Assembly (NCBI RefSeq): GCF_902713615.1 | Contig: NC_052155.1 | Span: 163,841,828-163,905,827 of the forward strand | Direction: 5' to 3' | DNA length: 64,000 nucleotides | Origin: Scyliorhinus canicula | Lineage: Eukaryota | In this document: positions 13,185 to 25,345 of the stretch, piece by piece | Position numbering within the stretch: the stretch's first letter is position 1 | How the letters are laid out: every line of letters starts with the position of its first letter | Position numbers and translations under genes: made by a program | The notes under the pieces: generated by a model | The model's input: only the letters and a program-made list of their open reading frames with translations | Told to the model about the DNA's origin: nothing | Databases searched by the model: none

Positions 13185-13581
13185 TGTGGCAACGACTGCC
13201 TCAACTAAGGTACAGCAGCGTTCTCGCTGACATTATCACAAATGTAAAAACTGCAAGGGTTAATGAAAGGTTAAGAGAGAGCTCGAGTTACAAGCATATA
13301 AGACATTGATGCTCAGCCTTGTGGGGAGAGAAATGAAGGAGATAGACTGAAGGAAAGATAGTGTGAGTGAGAGCAGATCATAGTTTATAATAGTGCAGTG
13401 ATTAGTAGTAGAAGAGTGTAGATTAAATGTTGATTATCAACTGTGTATTATATAGGAGTAAGTGTTGAATCCAATTAACTAGTATTAATAAATTTATAGC
13501 TTTGTTCAAGTTATCGCTATTTTGTGTTTTTTGTGAACACTATGTCAACCATCTGAATTTAGCAACATAAAGAACATCACA
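13185..13581 (+). mobile_element. Solo LTR
   Basis: TGT...ACA termini, TATA-like element, AATAAA. Confidence 0.6.
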
Positions 13582-13636
13582 CTGTTGTCTCGATTTTCAC
13601 TGCTTAGGATGACTGCCTGAAGGGTGCACCACTGAC

Positions 13637-14181
13637 CTTGTTAAAGGATATGGTCTGCTGAATCATGAAGCTGCAAGATACAAGCCGGATTGCTGACTTG
13701 CTCTCATTGTGACTGGCTGGACACTCCTTTCAATGCAACAGGTTACATTGTCTGTACCTTTGGTATGATCCACAGGACAAGGAAATACAGTGTGATGGTC
13801 AACATCAGGCCAATGGCATGGGATAGCCTCTGACTCCACCAGGTATTCGTTTCTCGTAAAGAATGTGGAAAATGCCTTTTTACTGATGCAGCCTTGTATC
13901 TGAGGCACTAACAGATACATGAAGTGACTAATACCTCTCCTCCAAGGTTTACCATCTGAATCCCACAGAGAAGGTTAAAATGACATGCATTACCTGGCCT
14001 AGATCAGTGCATCAATCTGGCATGCTCATGAAAAACATCTTGTTTATGATCAATTACTGGATACCATTTTGCCAATTCCTAACGCCAATGGCATCACATG
14101 AAAGTATCCCATTGATCGGATGCCATTTTTGCAGAACTTGTGTCTCCTTAATAGTTGCCTGCATTCCCAGAATTCACATTC
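13637..14181 (-). pseudogene. Degenerate GREB1-like exon (second copy of the PQIG/WPD module)
   Basis: WQNGIQ*LIINKM (~WASSFRPLLSKTM), YLLVPQIQG (~LLLSGPPQIG), HWPDVDHHTVFP (~PWPDLELFKKLP); acceptor acacacag, donor aag|gtcagt. Confidence 0.55.
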
Positions 14182-14593
14182 CTGTGTGTTAATGTTGAAG
14201 TACGGTGACTGTGATGTTAAGCCTATATTTGCCTGTTGCAGTGAGTCAAAGGTATGAATTCCACGGCAAGCTTCACAAGGAGGCCTTCCTCCTTTCCCTC
14301 AGCTCTGACTCCATGTTAATGTTGCGACACCAGCAAATTGCAGGGTGTCCGAGAAAGAGTCCCTTGTCTAGCAGTGTGCTCCTCCCACATTGCCTCTGAG
14401 CCCTCCCGTGCAGTTCCACTTCTACTTTCAAGTTATAATTGCGGCATTAGTTTGTGAGAGAAAGAAGGTGGCTCTACGCTATTGCTTTGGGACCAGATTG
14501 GATGCTCCTTCTCTCACTGTCTGCATCGCCTAAATTTATCTGCAACCTCACAATGCAAAACTAGAGCCTCCCCCAGTAATACAGAAACACATT

Positions 14594-15261
14594 GGACACG
14601 ATCTTCCCAAAAGGGAACAAAGTCCCCTAGCACGTGCGTTTAGCCGCGTGTTTCCCCGCATTCACAGTACAGAGAAACATATGACTATTCAGCGCAACGC
14701 AAGTTGAATAAGGGGCCTGAACGGGGAACATGTGGCCGAGGTGCACATAACCCCGTTTTTTACAATGTGAAGCTCAGCTCGCCAGAACTACCCATTGTAG
14801 TGAGAGCTTGGAACGTCATTTAAAAATGGTGCCCCGATCTTCGAGGTCCCTAAAACAATCCCCGACCTCCCTCCCAGCCTGAACACAATATCGGAGGCTG
14901 TCCCCCCGCTGCCCACCCCCACCCCATGAGTGCCGTTCCGATTGGTCGCCGTTTGTGGGGACCAGTGCAAAACAGTGCTCACCCAGGGTCTCTGAGGCGA
15001 AGGCATTGCATCCCAAAGTCTCAGGTACCTCGGGAAACTGCACATTAGAGTGACGCTAGCTGTCTCACTCAGTTTTCTAAAGAGTGATCTCGCCCATTGT
15101 AGGCTTGATTCACATTGCAACACTTTGCGAGATTGTGTTGAATTGGGAGAGGCATTGCAAGCTGGGTAGATCACCAGGGGTGGGGTTTCCTGGCTTTCAC
15201 TGGCTATGCTGCGCCACGGTGAGCTGCTTTTCGGGCACAACGAGGCTGATGGATCGCGCCC
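14594..15261. mobile_element. Harbinger-type non-autonomous element
   Basis: TIRs ggacacgatc / gatcgcgccc, TSD ATT; a related copy in opposite orientation ends near 16195. Confidence 0.75.
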
Positions 15262-15480
15262 ATTGTTGTTGTAAACGTTCCTACTCTTCCCTCCGAACCC
15301 ATCACTATTGAGGCGCCCAATGTGGGCCTCTATCTTCTCCATGTAGAGGCCATGTACATGGTCACCTAGAGAGGAGACTCCCACCTCCCCCCACACTCTC
15401 CCAACACTTAACCGCCTCCCTTTCCCCCGCCAAAACAAGAAGGCTTCACATCCCCACCTTCATTATGAATTCCCCGCATA

Positions 15481-15649
15481 ACAATCGCTTATTGTCACAA
15501 GTAGACTTCAATCAAATTACCGTGAAAAGCCCCTAATCACCACATTCCGGTGCCTGTTCGGGGAGGCCGGTACGAGAATTGAACCCGTGCTGCTGGCCTT
15601 GTTCTGCATTACAAGCCAGCTGTTTAGCCCACTGTGCTAAACCAGCCCC
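15481..15649 (-). mobile_element. Short tRNA-derived SINE (ggggctggtttagcacag family)
   Basis: Box A/B; further copies at 27970-28155, 33395-33579 and 44686-44780. Confidence 0.8.
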
Positions 15650-16199
15650 AACAGGCTACATACAGGCTATAAAGGCCTCCTTTAACCATTACAAGTAGTA
15701 CAAAGATAGAGAAGTCCATGGCTGTGAAAATACTCTGCACGGCAGGCTGTGCATTCTCCTAATTGAGCACCTGGATGCCAACCTGGCACTGCCAAGTTGC
15801 CAGGTGGCACTGCCAATGTGCCAAGCTGGTATTTTGTGCGGGTGCGCAATTGGGCTGGGGTGACTTAGTAGGTGTTGGGGAGGCCTGGGACCCTCCCATC
15901 TTGCTGTTGGACTGGGGGTGGGATCAGGGGTCGCTTCGGGGGCCTTGGAGATTGGGATGTCATTTAAAAATGGCGTCCCAATCTCTCGCTACACAGGGAG
16001 TTCCACCGAGCGGAGTTCCCCAGTGTACAAAACAGGACTATGTGCGGCCTCGGCCGCGTGTTCCACACTGAGGCCCCTTATACATCACGTGGCACGCTTT
16101 ATAACCATGTGTTTCTCAATGCTGCGTGCGCCGGGAAACAGGCGAATAAACTCGCTCGCCATGGGACTTTGTTCCCAATTAGTTGAATCGCATCCGTGA

Positions 16200-16950
16200 A
16201 ACCTTTTGATTGAAATCAGCCCAATGAGTTTGAATTCAGCATTCAAATGGTTGAAAATTGAAGGAAAGTTTTTGAAATTGTGGAATACCGGCAGCAAATC
16301 TGGACAAAATAAGAAGCCTGATTGACAATTTGCTCCTTGCCACATAATCACATTGTGTTGGTTCAGCAAATAAACAACTGCATAGCAAAGTGTGTTCATT
16401 AATCCACCTACCAGCTGGGAACAAGAACCATGCCCATAAATGTGTACACTCTTTTAATTCTATAATCCAAAACAAGATCATGGCAGCTGGAAGCAATTCC
16501 CGACCTTGTACACTGATAATTGATGAGAGCCCAGACATTGATGAACACAATATGTTCAGTCTGTGCATCAGGTTTTGAGAGCAGTATGATGTCAGCCGTA
16601 AGGTTGTGTTTGATGGCATTATCCATTTAACTGCAAGTAACACTTAAAATATTGCAGATGCTATCAAGCAATTCTATGTGGATCAACAGAGAATAATGAT
16701 GCTGACTTCAAATTGTGCGTCCATCATGCTTGTTAGGTGTAACTGATGGGTGTCACTGTGTAGCTGCCCAGTTTAGAGAGTGAATACTCTTCTTGTCAAA
16801 ACATAGGGTCACCCAGTGGAACACTCTTTCTGGTGCTAGTGTCTGATGAATTGAACCCCTTATTCTCACAGCACTCTATGACCCACACATTTAATTTTCT
16901 CATCATTTGTAATAAGGTGGATGATCTAATGGTACAAATAGAGGTGCAAT
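16200..16950 (+). mobile_element. hAT transposase remnant (ZNF862/KIAA1586-like)
   Basis: TLIIDESPDI..MFSLCIRF, MLTSNCASIML (~TSDGASVML), QHSMTH (~HCxAH). Confidence 0.7.
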
Positions 16951-16960
16951 CACAGAGACA

Positions 16961-17015
16961 TAGGACAAAATTCTTCCATCTGGGACATGGTCCCAGATGG
17001 AAGAATTTTGTCCTA
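16961..17015. repeat. Perfect palindrome, 26-bp arms, 3-nt loop
   Basis: taggacaaaattcttccatctgggac-atg-gtcccagatggaagaattttgtccta. Confidence 0.95.
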
Positions 17016-17414
17016 AGTCTCTTGTTCCCAGCTGATACATTATGCACCTGAGGGTTTAGCTCCACATTCCCTGGTGGCGAATGTCTGATTGCAGGTCTCC
17101 CGCCATCATACCTGGCTGCCATATTGCGAATGCACTCAACATCACTGATTCACTGTTGAAGGAAGAAGATGGACATCCTGAAAAAGAAGATGGATCTCCA
17201 GGAACAATTTGAAGCTGCAGGATGGACCCCCTCGATGACACTGAATCTGGAAGGTCCACCTATAGATGCTTCCCCCACACTCACCACTGTGGTGTTCCGG
17301 GGTACAGGGTTGCTGGCGCCTTCCATCTCAAACTCCAGAGGCAGCTTCAGGCATTTTTCAGGTGGGCCCCGACTTATGAACAGCAACTTGTTCCAAACTT
17401 GTTCTCGACTGGCT

Positions 17415-19935
17415 TAGAACGTAGAACACAGAAAAATACAGCACAGAACAGGCCCTTCGGACCACGATGTTGTGCCGAATCTTTGTCCTAGATTAATCAT
17501 AGATTATCATAGAATTTACAGAGCAGAAGGAGTCCATTCGGCCCATCGAGTCTGCACCAGCTCTTGGAAAGAGCACCCTACCCATGGTCAACACCTCCAC
17601 CCTACCCCATAACCCAGTAACCCCACCCAACACTAAGGGCAATTTTGGACACTAAGGGCAATTTATCATGGCTAATCCACCTAACCTGCTCATCTTTGGA
17701 CTGTGGGAAGAAACCGGAGCACCCGAAGGAAACCCACGCACACACGGGAAGGATGTACAGACTCCGCACAGACAGTGACCCAAGCCGGAATCGAACCTGA
17801 GACCCTGGTACTGTGAAGCAATTGTGCTATCCACAATGCTACCGTGCTTCCCTTAAGAACAAATTAATCTACACTCCATCATTCTACCGTAATCCACGTA
17901 ACTATCCAATAGCCGCTTGAAGGTCCCTAATGTTTCCGACTCAACTACTTCCACAGGCAGTGCATACCATGCCCCTACTACCCTCTGGGTAAAGAACCTA
18001 CCTCTGACATCCCCCCTATATCTTCCACCATTCACCTTAAATCTATGTCTCCTTGTAATGGTTTGTTCCACCCGGGGAAAAAGTCTCTGACTGTCTACTC
18101 TATCTATTCCCCTGATCATCTCATAAACCTGTCAAGTCGCCCCTTATCCTTCTCCGTTCTAATGAGAAAAGGCCTCGCACGCTCAACCTTTCCTCGTAAG
18201 ACGTACTCTCCATTCCAGGCAACATCTTGGTAAATCTCCTTTGCACCTTTTCCAAAGCTTCCACATCCTTCCTAAAATGAGGCGACCAGAACTGCACACA
18301 GTACTCCAAATGTGTCCTTACCAAGGTTTTGTACAGCTGCATCATCACCTCATAGCTCTTAAATTCAATCCCTCTGCTAATGAACGCTAGCACACCATAA
18401 GCCATCTTCACAGCTCTATCCACTTGAGTGGCAACTTTCAAAGATGTATGAACATAGACCCCAAGATCTCTCTGCTCCTCCACATTGCCAAGAACCCTAC
18501 CGTTAACCCTGTATTCCGCATTCATATTTGTCCTTCCAAAATGGACAACCTCACACTTTTCAGGGTTAAACTCCATCTGCCACTTCTGAGCCCAGCTCTG
18601 CATCCTATCTATGTCTCTTTACAGCCGACAACAGTCCTCCTCACCATCCACAACTCCACCAATCTTCGTATTGTCTGCAAATTTATTGACCACCCTTCAA
18701 CTCCCTCATCCAAGTCATTAATGAAAATCACAAACAGCAGAGGACCCTGAATTGATCCCTGCGGTACGCCACTGGTAACTGGGCTCCAGGCTGAATATTT
18801 GCCATCCACCACAACTCTCTGACTTCTATTGGTTAGCCAGTTTGTTATCCAACTGGCCAAATTTCCCACTATCCCATGCCTCCTTACTTTCTGCATAAGC
18901 CTACCATGGGGAACCTCATAAAATGCCTTACTAAAATCCATGTACGCTACATCCACTGCTTTACCTCCATCCACATGCTTGGTCACCTCCTCAAAGAATT
19001 CAATAAGATTTGTAAGGCAAGACCTACCCCTCACAAATCTGTGCTAACTATCCCTAATCAAGCAGTGTCTTCCCAGATGCTCAGAAATCCTATCCCTCAG
19101 TACCCTTTCCATTCCTTTGCCTACCACCGAAGTAAGACTAACTGGCCTGTAATTCCCAGGGTTATGCCTAATCCCTTTCCCTATTCCCTATTCCCACGAC
19201 ATTCGCCACTCTCCAATCCCCTGGTACCATCCCTGTTGACAGTGAGGATGCAAAGATCATTGCATTGCCAACGACTCTGCAATTTCATCTCTTGCTTCCC
19301 ATAGAATCCTTGGATATATCCCGTCAGGCCCGGGGGACTTGTCTATCCTCAAGTTTTTCAAAATGCCCAACACATCTTCCTCCCTAACAAGTATCTCCTT
19401 GAGCTTACCAGTCTGTTTCACACTGTCCTTTCCAACAATATGGCCCCTCTCATTTGTAAATACTGAAGAAAAGTACTCATTGATGACCTCTCCAATCTCT
19501 TCAGACTCAATACACAATCTCCCGCTACTGTCCTTGATTAGACCTACCCTCGCTCTCGTCATTCTCATATTTCTCACATATGTGTAAAAGGACTTGAGGT
19601 TTTCCTTGATCCTACCCGCCAAAGAATTTTCATGCCCTCTCTTAGCTCTCCTACTCTCTTTCTTCAGCTCCCTCCTGGCTATCTTGTATCCCTCCAGTGC
19701 CCTGTCATAACCTTGTTTCCTCAGCCTTACATAAGTCTCCTTCTTCCTCTTAACAAGACATTCAAACTCTCTTGTCAACCATGGTTCCCTCACTCGTCCA
19801 TCTCTTCCCTGCCTGACAGGGACATACATATCAAGGACACATAGTACATGTTCCTTGAACAAGTTCCATATTTCACTTGTGTCCTTCCCTGACAGCCTAT
19901 GTTTGCAAGTTATGCACTTCAATTCTTGTCTGTCA
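17415..19935 (-). mobile_element. CR1/HER1 LINE, 5'-truncated, frameshifted ORF2
   Basis: [38 protein letters not shown] fragments; (tagaac) tail. Confidence 0.93.
17497..17852 (-). mobile_element. Full HE1 SINE nested in the LINE 3' UTR
   Basis: Complete head-to-tail copy with TTAA on both sides. Confidence 0.9.
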
Positions 19936-20514
19936 GTGGCTTGTTTTCCTGCAGGTGCCAAGGAGAATCGGCGTGGGTGGAAGATTTTGGATGAGCCATC
20001 ATCTGCATCCCATTAGGGCGGGGATCCAATTCAATTTCACATCAGCTTCCAGTGGGCTTCTCGATTTGCCATGGCGAGCACCAACAAAGCTCCTGTAGAA
20101 AGCTCACGATGATGTAAGACTGATTTTTGTTCTCTGCCAAATCCATCCCTCATTCGCTTGCCATTGAATCTGGCAATGGGGCCATGGGACAATCCCACCC
20201 ATGGTTACATGGTGACCAAGGTTGGGAAATACATTTTCCAAGGTAGATAATATTTTTTTAAATTCAAGTAGAGTTGAAAAGCAGGAGGAATGGTTCTGAT
20301 AGTTGAGGATGAGAACAGCAGGAGAAAAGATCTGAGCTCCAAAGGTCAAGAAGTCGAATCAGTACAGGTGGAGATTAGAGCAGGGATATTCTGTACCCGT
20401 TCGGGCCAGTTTGGCGATGAGTGGAAAATATTGCGAGATGTTCAAAGTCCCGACGTAACAGCAGGAATGATTGTCCCTGTAATCATTTGTATAATCCAAA
20501 TATAGTACAGAGTT

Positions 20515-20739
20515 TTTTAAAAATAAATTAAGAGTACCCAATTATTTTTTCCAATTAAGGGGCAATTTAGTGTGGCCAATCCATCTACTCTGCACATTTT
20601 TGGGTTGTGGGGGCGAAACCCACGCAGACACGGGGAGAATGTGCAAACTCCACACGGACAGTGACCCAGAGCCGGGATCGAACCTGGGACCTCAGCGCCG
20701 TGAGGCAGCTGTGCTAACCACTAGGCCACCGTGCTGCCC
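20515..20739 (-). mobile_element. Poly(A)-tailed V-SINE
   Basis: Perfect 15-bp TSD atatagtacagagtt (20500-20514, 20740-20754). Confidence 0.93.
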
Positions 20740-20819
20740 ATATAGTACAGAGTTAACAAGAGAGATTACATGTATATCAACACTAGGTGGTGTCACTGAG
20801 TGATCTTATAAAAGGCTGT

Positions 20820-21540
20820 GGGCGCGATTCTCCCAGACAGGGAGAAATCGTAAGGCTGGCGTCAAATCCAGGCGGGTTTGACGCCAGCCTCCCCCTCCCC
20901 GACCGGGAACCGATTCTGGTCCCCGGTCGGGGCTAGTATGCCGCGGCCGTGAACTCCGGCATCGCGGGCTTAACGAATTTCGTTAAGCCCGCTTGCCAGA
21001 GTTTGCGCCGGCTGACGCGTCACATGACGTCAGCCGCGCATGCGCAGATTGGAAGACTCCAACCCGTGCATGCGCGGATGACGTCATTGCGCATTTGCGT
21101 GAAACCCGCGCATGCGCGGGCCGGGATGCCCCTCGGCCGCCCCGCGGAGTGATACAGCGGGGCGGCGGAAGGACAAAGAGTGCGCGGGAATCGGACCCGT
21201 GGGCACCGATCGCGGGCCCATGGCACCCTTGGCACGGCTGTGGTACTGCCGTGCCAATCGGTGCCATGGTTTTCAAAATCGGGACTTTACGGCCGTTTTT
21301 ACGAACGGCCAGACCAGGTGTGTTTGCCGTTCGTAAAAACGGCCGTAAAGGGCTTGGACTTCGGCCCATCGGCCAGCTGAGAATCGCTGCTGGCCGTAAA
21401 AAAACGGCGGCAGCGATTCGTTTCGGGAGTCGGGCATGGGGGGGGGGGAGTATAGCGGGAAGGCGTCAGACTAGCGTGGCCGTAAAAATTTACGAACCCC
21501 GCTATTCTCCGCACCGTCGTGAGTGCGGAGAATTGCGCCC
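20820..21540. mobile_element. CpG-rich Harbinger-type MITE, copy 1
   Basis: TIR gggcgcgattctcc / ggagaattgcgccc, TSD TGT. Confidence 0.9.
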
Positions 21541-21966
21541 TGTGTCTCTAGGCAAGCTGATGGAGAGTTCGATGTAGGAGGATATTGTAGAGTTGAGTCA
21601 GAGTGTAGTTTATATATTAGAGAGATTATTAATTACTGTATCACAGATTCAGTACTATTATTTTATTATCTGTTACTCAGAAGAATGTGTGAGCCAAATC
21701 AAGTTAAGTAGTGGAAAATAAATTAGTTTTGATTTAAACATATAGTTTTATGTTCTTTGTCAACACTACATATTTGGCTATCTTGGAGAACAAAACAAAG
21801 AATATGACATGCTACCAGTAGTGGAAATATAACAGTCTTCTTCTCCACCAGTCGTGGGTCACGCAGCCCGCCTTTCAATGCCAGGAACCTCACAGTTGTA
21901 CATTTGCAGATCATTATCAGGCCAGTACGTCAGAAACATAACACCATGTTAGAAAATGAATCCACT

Positions 21967-22188
21967 GGCAGCACGGTGGCACAGTGGTTCGCAGTCGCCG
22001 AGGTCCCAGGTTCGATCCCGGCTCTGGATCACTGTCCGTGTGGAGTTTGCACATTCTCCCCATGTTTGCGTGGGTTTCGCCCCCACAACCCAAAGATGTG
22101 CAGGCTAGGTGGATTGGCCACGCTAAATTGCCCCTTAATTGAAAAAAATGAATTGGGTACTCTAAATTTAGAAAAAAAAGAAAAAAAA
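21967..22188 (+). mobile_element. Poly(A)-tailed V-SINE
   Basis: Imperfect TSD of about 15 bp, agaaaat(ga/tc)atccac. Confidence 0.85.
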
Positions 22189-22749
22189 AGAAAATTCATC
22201 CACGGTTTCAGGATGCCAGAACGGTATGATGCAAGACTCAAAAGAAGTACACCTGGCAAGCAGTACTCCAAGGGGAGCTCAGAGGTGAGCACAGTGCTTA
22301 TTGTGGGGTTTCGTGTTTAGGGGGAAGAGAGAAATGCCAGCATAATGCCAGTGTAATGCAAGGGAGGTGCCAGGGGGTGTACCTGGGTGAAGAATGATTC
22401 AGATATCAGTAAAATCCTTGCTCTAGGAATCACAAAGGTCATGAAAACATACGTTGGAATAGCATATCGGCCCCTGAACATTAGTGACACTGTTGGATAG
22501 AATGTTAATGATGAAATGATTGGGGGCTGTAACAAAAGCAATGTAATGATCAGAATGGCTTTAATCTTCATGTAGAGTAGATAAATTAGATTGACAAAAG
22601 TAACCTGGAAGGTAAGTGTGGAACCAAGCTATTTTGGATCTAGTATTGTGTAATGAGGCAGGGTTAATTAGTAAGCTCATTATAAAATAACCTCTCAAAA
22701 AAAGTGAATCCAATACAACTGAAGTTGATCATTAAGGTGAAGAGCAAAG

Positions 22750-22887
22750 TGGGGAGCACCCGGAGGAAACCCACGCAAACATGAGGAGAACGTGCAAACT
22801 CCACACAGTCACCCGAGGCCAGAATTGAACCCGAGTACCTGGTACTGTGAGACAGCAGTGCCAACCACTGTGCCACCGTGCCACCCT
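22750..22887 (-). mobile_element. SINE 5' fragment
   Basis: tRNA head of the HE1 type. Confidence 0.75.
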
Positions 22888-23345
22888 AAGTCATGGCTTC
22901 TGGAAAGCTAAGGATAGTATGAGATTAAAAGAGGAGGAAGTATAATTGCAGCGAATAGTCATAAGCCTGAGGATTGGGACAGTTTTAGAAACCTGCAAAG
23001 AGGGAGCAAAAAGTTGATAAAAAGGCAGAAAAATGTACAAACTAGCTGGAATATCAAAACAGATGGCAAGTGCCTTCATAAGTATGGAAGTACAATATCA
23101 ACCAGCAGCTGGGGTTGGGCGGGGAACCATACATGCAGGGAGCACAAAAAGCAAACCCTGTCAGGGTTGCTTGCAAGCTCCTGGGTGCCGGCTCTCATCC
23201 AAAGACACTTGCTACCTGATTGAGGGAACCTACATTGAGAAGGAAGGCTCGCTGCCAGCCACCCATCTGCTCTTGCTTGTGACCCCCCACCCTCCCTCCC
23301 CAACTACCTGTGGTGTTCTTTGTGTTGCTTATTTAGAATGGTTGG

Positions 23346-24443
23346 TGTAGTGTTCGCAAAGACCATAGTGTAGCTTTTACTCAAACAAAGCTACGATTTT
23401 ATTTACACTACTAAGCTGGGTTTTGACACATTGGGCGCGATTCTCCCAAACAGGGAGAAATCGTAAGGCTGGCGTCAAAAACGGGCGGGTTTGACGCCAG
23501 CCTTCCCCCCCCCCCCCCCCCCCCCCCCCCCCGACCGGGAACCGATTCTAGTCCCCGGTCGGGGCTAGCATGCCGCGGCCGTGAACTCCGGCATCGCGGG
23601 CTTAACGAATTTCGTTAAGCCCGCTTGCCAGAGTTTGCAACGGCTGACACGTCACATGACGTCAGCCGCGCATGCGCGGATTGGAAGACTCCAACCCGCG
23701 CATGCGCGGATGACGTCATCGACAATTTGCGCGAAACCCGCGCATGCGCGGGCCGGGATGCCCCTCAGCCGCCCCGCGAATGGATACAGCGGGGCGGCGG
23801 AAGGACAAAGAGTGCGCGGGAATCGGACCCGCTGCCCGCGATCGGTGCCCACCGATCGCGGGCCCATGGCACCCTTGGAACGGCCGTGGTACTGCCGTGC
23901 CAATCGGTGCCATGGTTGCCAAGATCCGAACTTTACGGCCGTTTTTACGAATGGCCAGACCAGGTGTGTTTGCCGTTCGTAAAAACGACCGTAAAGGGCT
24001 TGGACTTCAGCCCATCGGCCAGCTGAGAATCGCTGCTCGCCGTAAAAAAACAGCGGCAGCGATTTGCGTCGGGAGTTGGGCGTGGGGGGGGGGAGAATAG
24101 CGGGAGGGCGTCAGACTAGCTTGGCCGTAAAAATTTACGACCCCCGCTATTCTCCGCACCGTCGTGAGTGCGGAGAATTGCGCCCTTAGTCCTTTTAGAA
24201 CACAGAATTAATCAATAACATCTAACTACACTCATCTACTGCTAATCTCACTACTAGTATAAACGATAATCTAACCTTCTTACGCTATTTGCTCTTATGA
24301 CCTTCACTAGCTGTCTCCTACATACACTCCTCCCCTGAGGTCCAGCATCCACTGCTTTATATAGTAGTATCTGCAGCTCCCTCGAGTGGCTATTCATGGT
24401 ACTACATTAACCCTTGTAATGCTGCTAGTTATGATAATACCAC
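23346..24443 (-). mobile_element. Solo LTR interrupted by a MITE
   Basis: TGT...ACA termini; minus strand resembles the 7754 LTR (aaggggttaatgta, gagggagc). Confidence 0.6.
23433..24185. mobile_element. CpG-rich Harbinger-type MITE, copy 2
   Basis: Highly similar to 20820-21540, same orientation, longer poly(C). Confidence 0.9.
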
Positions 24444-24731
24444 ACTACCCCTTGTCGGCAACCCCACCCCGCGGCCCACCATCGTTCCCTCACTCACCTG
24501 TGACCTGTGTCTCATGGCGACTCTGTGTCTCAGGTGAATGTGTTGTTGGCAACAGCCACTGCTCCTGCGGCACTGCTGAATAATACCCAGTTGCCACCTT
24601 CTGATTGGCCAGCAGATCTTGGGGGTGGGATTTGCCACCTACCCCCCCCCCCCCCCACCCCACCCCCAAACCCCAGTGTCCTTGACCCACCCAGTGGGCC
24701 TTCCTGAAAGGAGTTGATATGGGGCACTCAC

Positions 24732-25034
24732 TGGCTCTCCAACTGATGGGCAAGAACATCATTGCCTCCATTAAATACCACCCAAAAGTTAACAACATGG
24801 TTCAACTTATGAGGGTCAAATCCTACCTCACGGAAAATGAAGAAGTCAGCCTCAATAGAAATTCCCATCACTGAAAAGTGGAAACGGAAGACATTTTCAA
24901 CTTAATGTTCATTCCTGTCATATTGACTTTATTTTTATTTTGAGCATGTTCTTCCAGTGATGGTTATTGTTGATGTTGTCATTGCTTATGCCATTGCTGC
25001 TTTTCTTGTTTCTTTGGCCATTGCAAAATGTAAA
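24732..25034 (-). pseudogene. Degenerate GREB1-like exon
   Basis: ISNDNINNNHH/RTCSK* (~LSKYAAYNTYHHCEQCHQY), VENVFRFHFSVMGISIEADFFIFRE (~LHAFAFSYSMLGEEIQLHFIIPK), LMEAMMFLPI (~LESMRLPL); donor gtgagt at 24726-24731; three TAA stops plus frameshifts. Confidence 0.6.
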
Positions 25035-25089
25035 CTGCCCATGGGCAAAACAAACAGTACTCACAGGATTTTATGGTCTGCTAGGAATA

Positions 25090-25345
25090 GCGTGCAGCAC
25101 AAAGGGAACATTGCACATTAGCCCAGTGCTTGTTGACCTATATTTAGTTCCAGCCTGGCAAAGGCTCGATTTTAAAATGTTCATCTTTGTTTCCAAATTG
25201 GTTCATGGCCTTGTCTTTTGCTATCTCTGGAGCCTTTTCCCGCCGCACAACAGTTTTCCAATTATGGCCTGTTGCACATTTTCCATTTTCATCAATTTGT
25301 TTTTGGCAGCCCTACCTTCAATTACCCAAAGCTCTGGAATCACAC
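25090..25345 (+). mobile_element. L2 LINE 3' fragment
   Basis: HISPVLVDLYLVPAWQRLDFKMFIFVSK (~HITPVL.SLHWLPV..RI.FK). Confidence 0.7.

Larger units (their letters stand above)
20478..21809 (+). mobile_element. LTR with a nested SINE and a nested MITE
   Basis: TGTAAT...TGACA after removing the inserts; followed by a PBS-like tgctaccag. Confidence 0.6.
20270..23090 (+). mobile_element. Old CR1 endonuclease-region fragments interrupted by younger elements
   Basis: RKDLSSKGQEVESVQVEIR; AILDLVLCNE-like segment near 22625. Confidence 0.55.

Noticed and set aside
13600-14200. Continuation of the hAT transposase remnant
   Set aside because: No hAT motifs on +; the minus strand fits GREB1-like motifs better.
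20949-24100. Many overlapping ORFs in GC-rich blocks
   Set aside because: Stop-poor MITE sequence with no recognisable domains.
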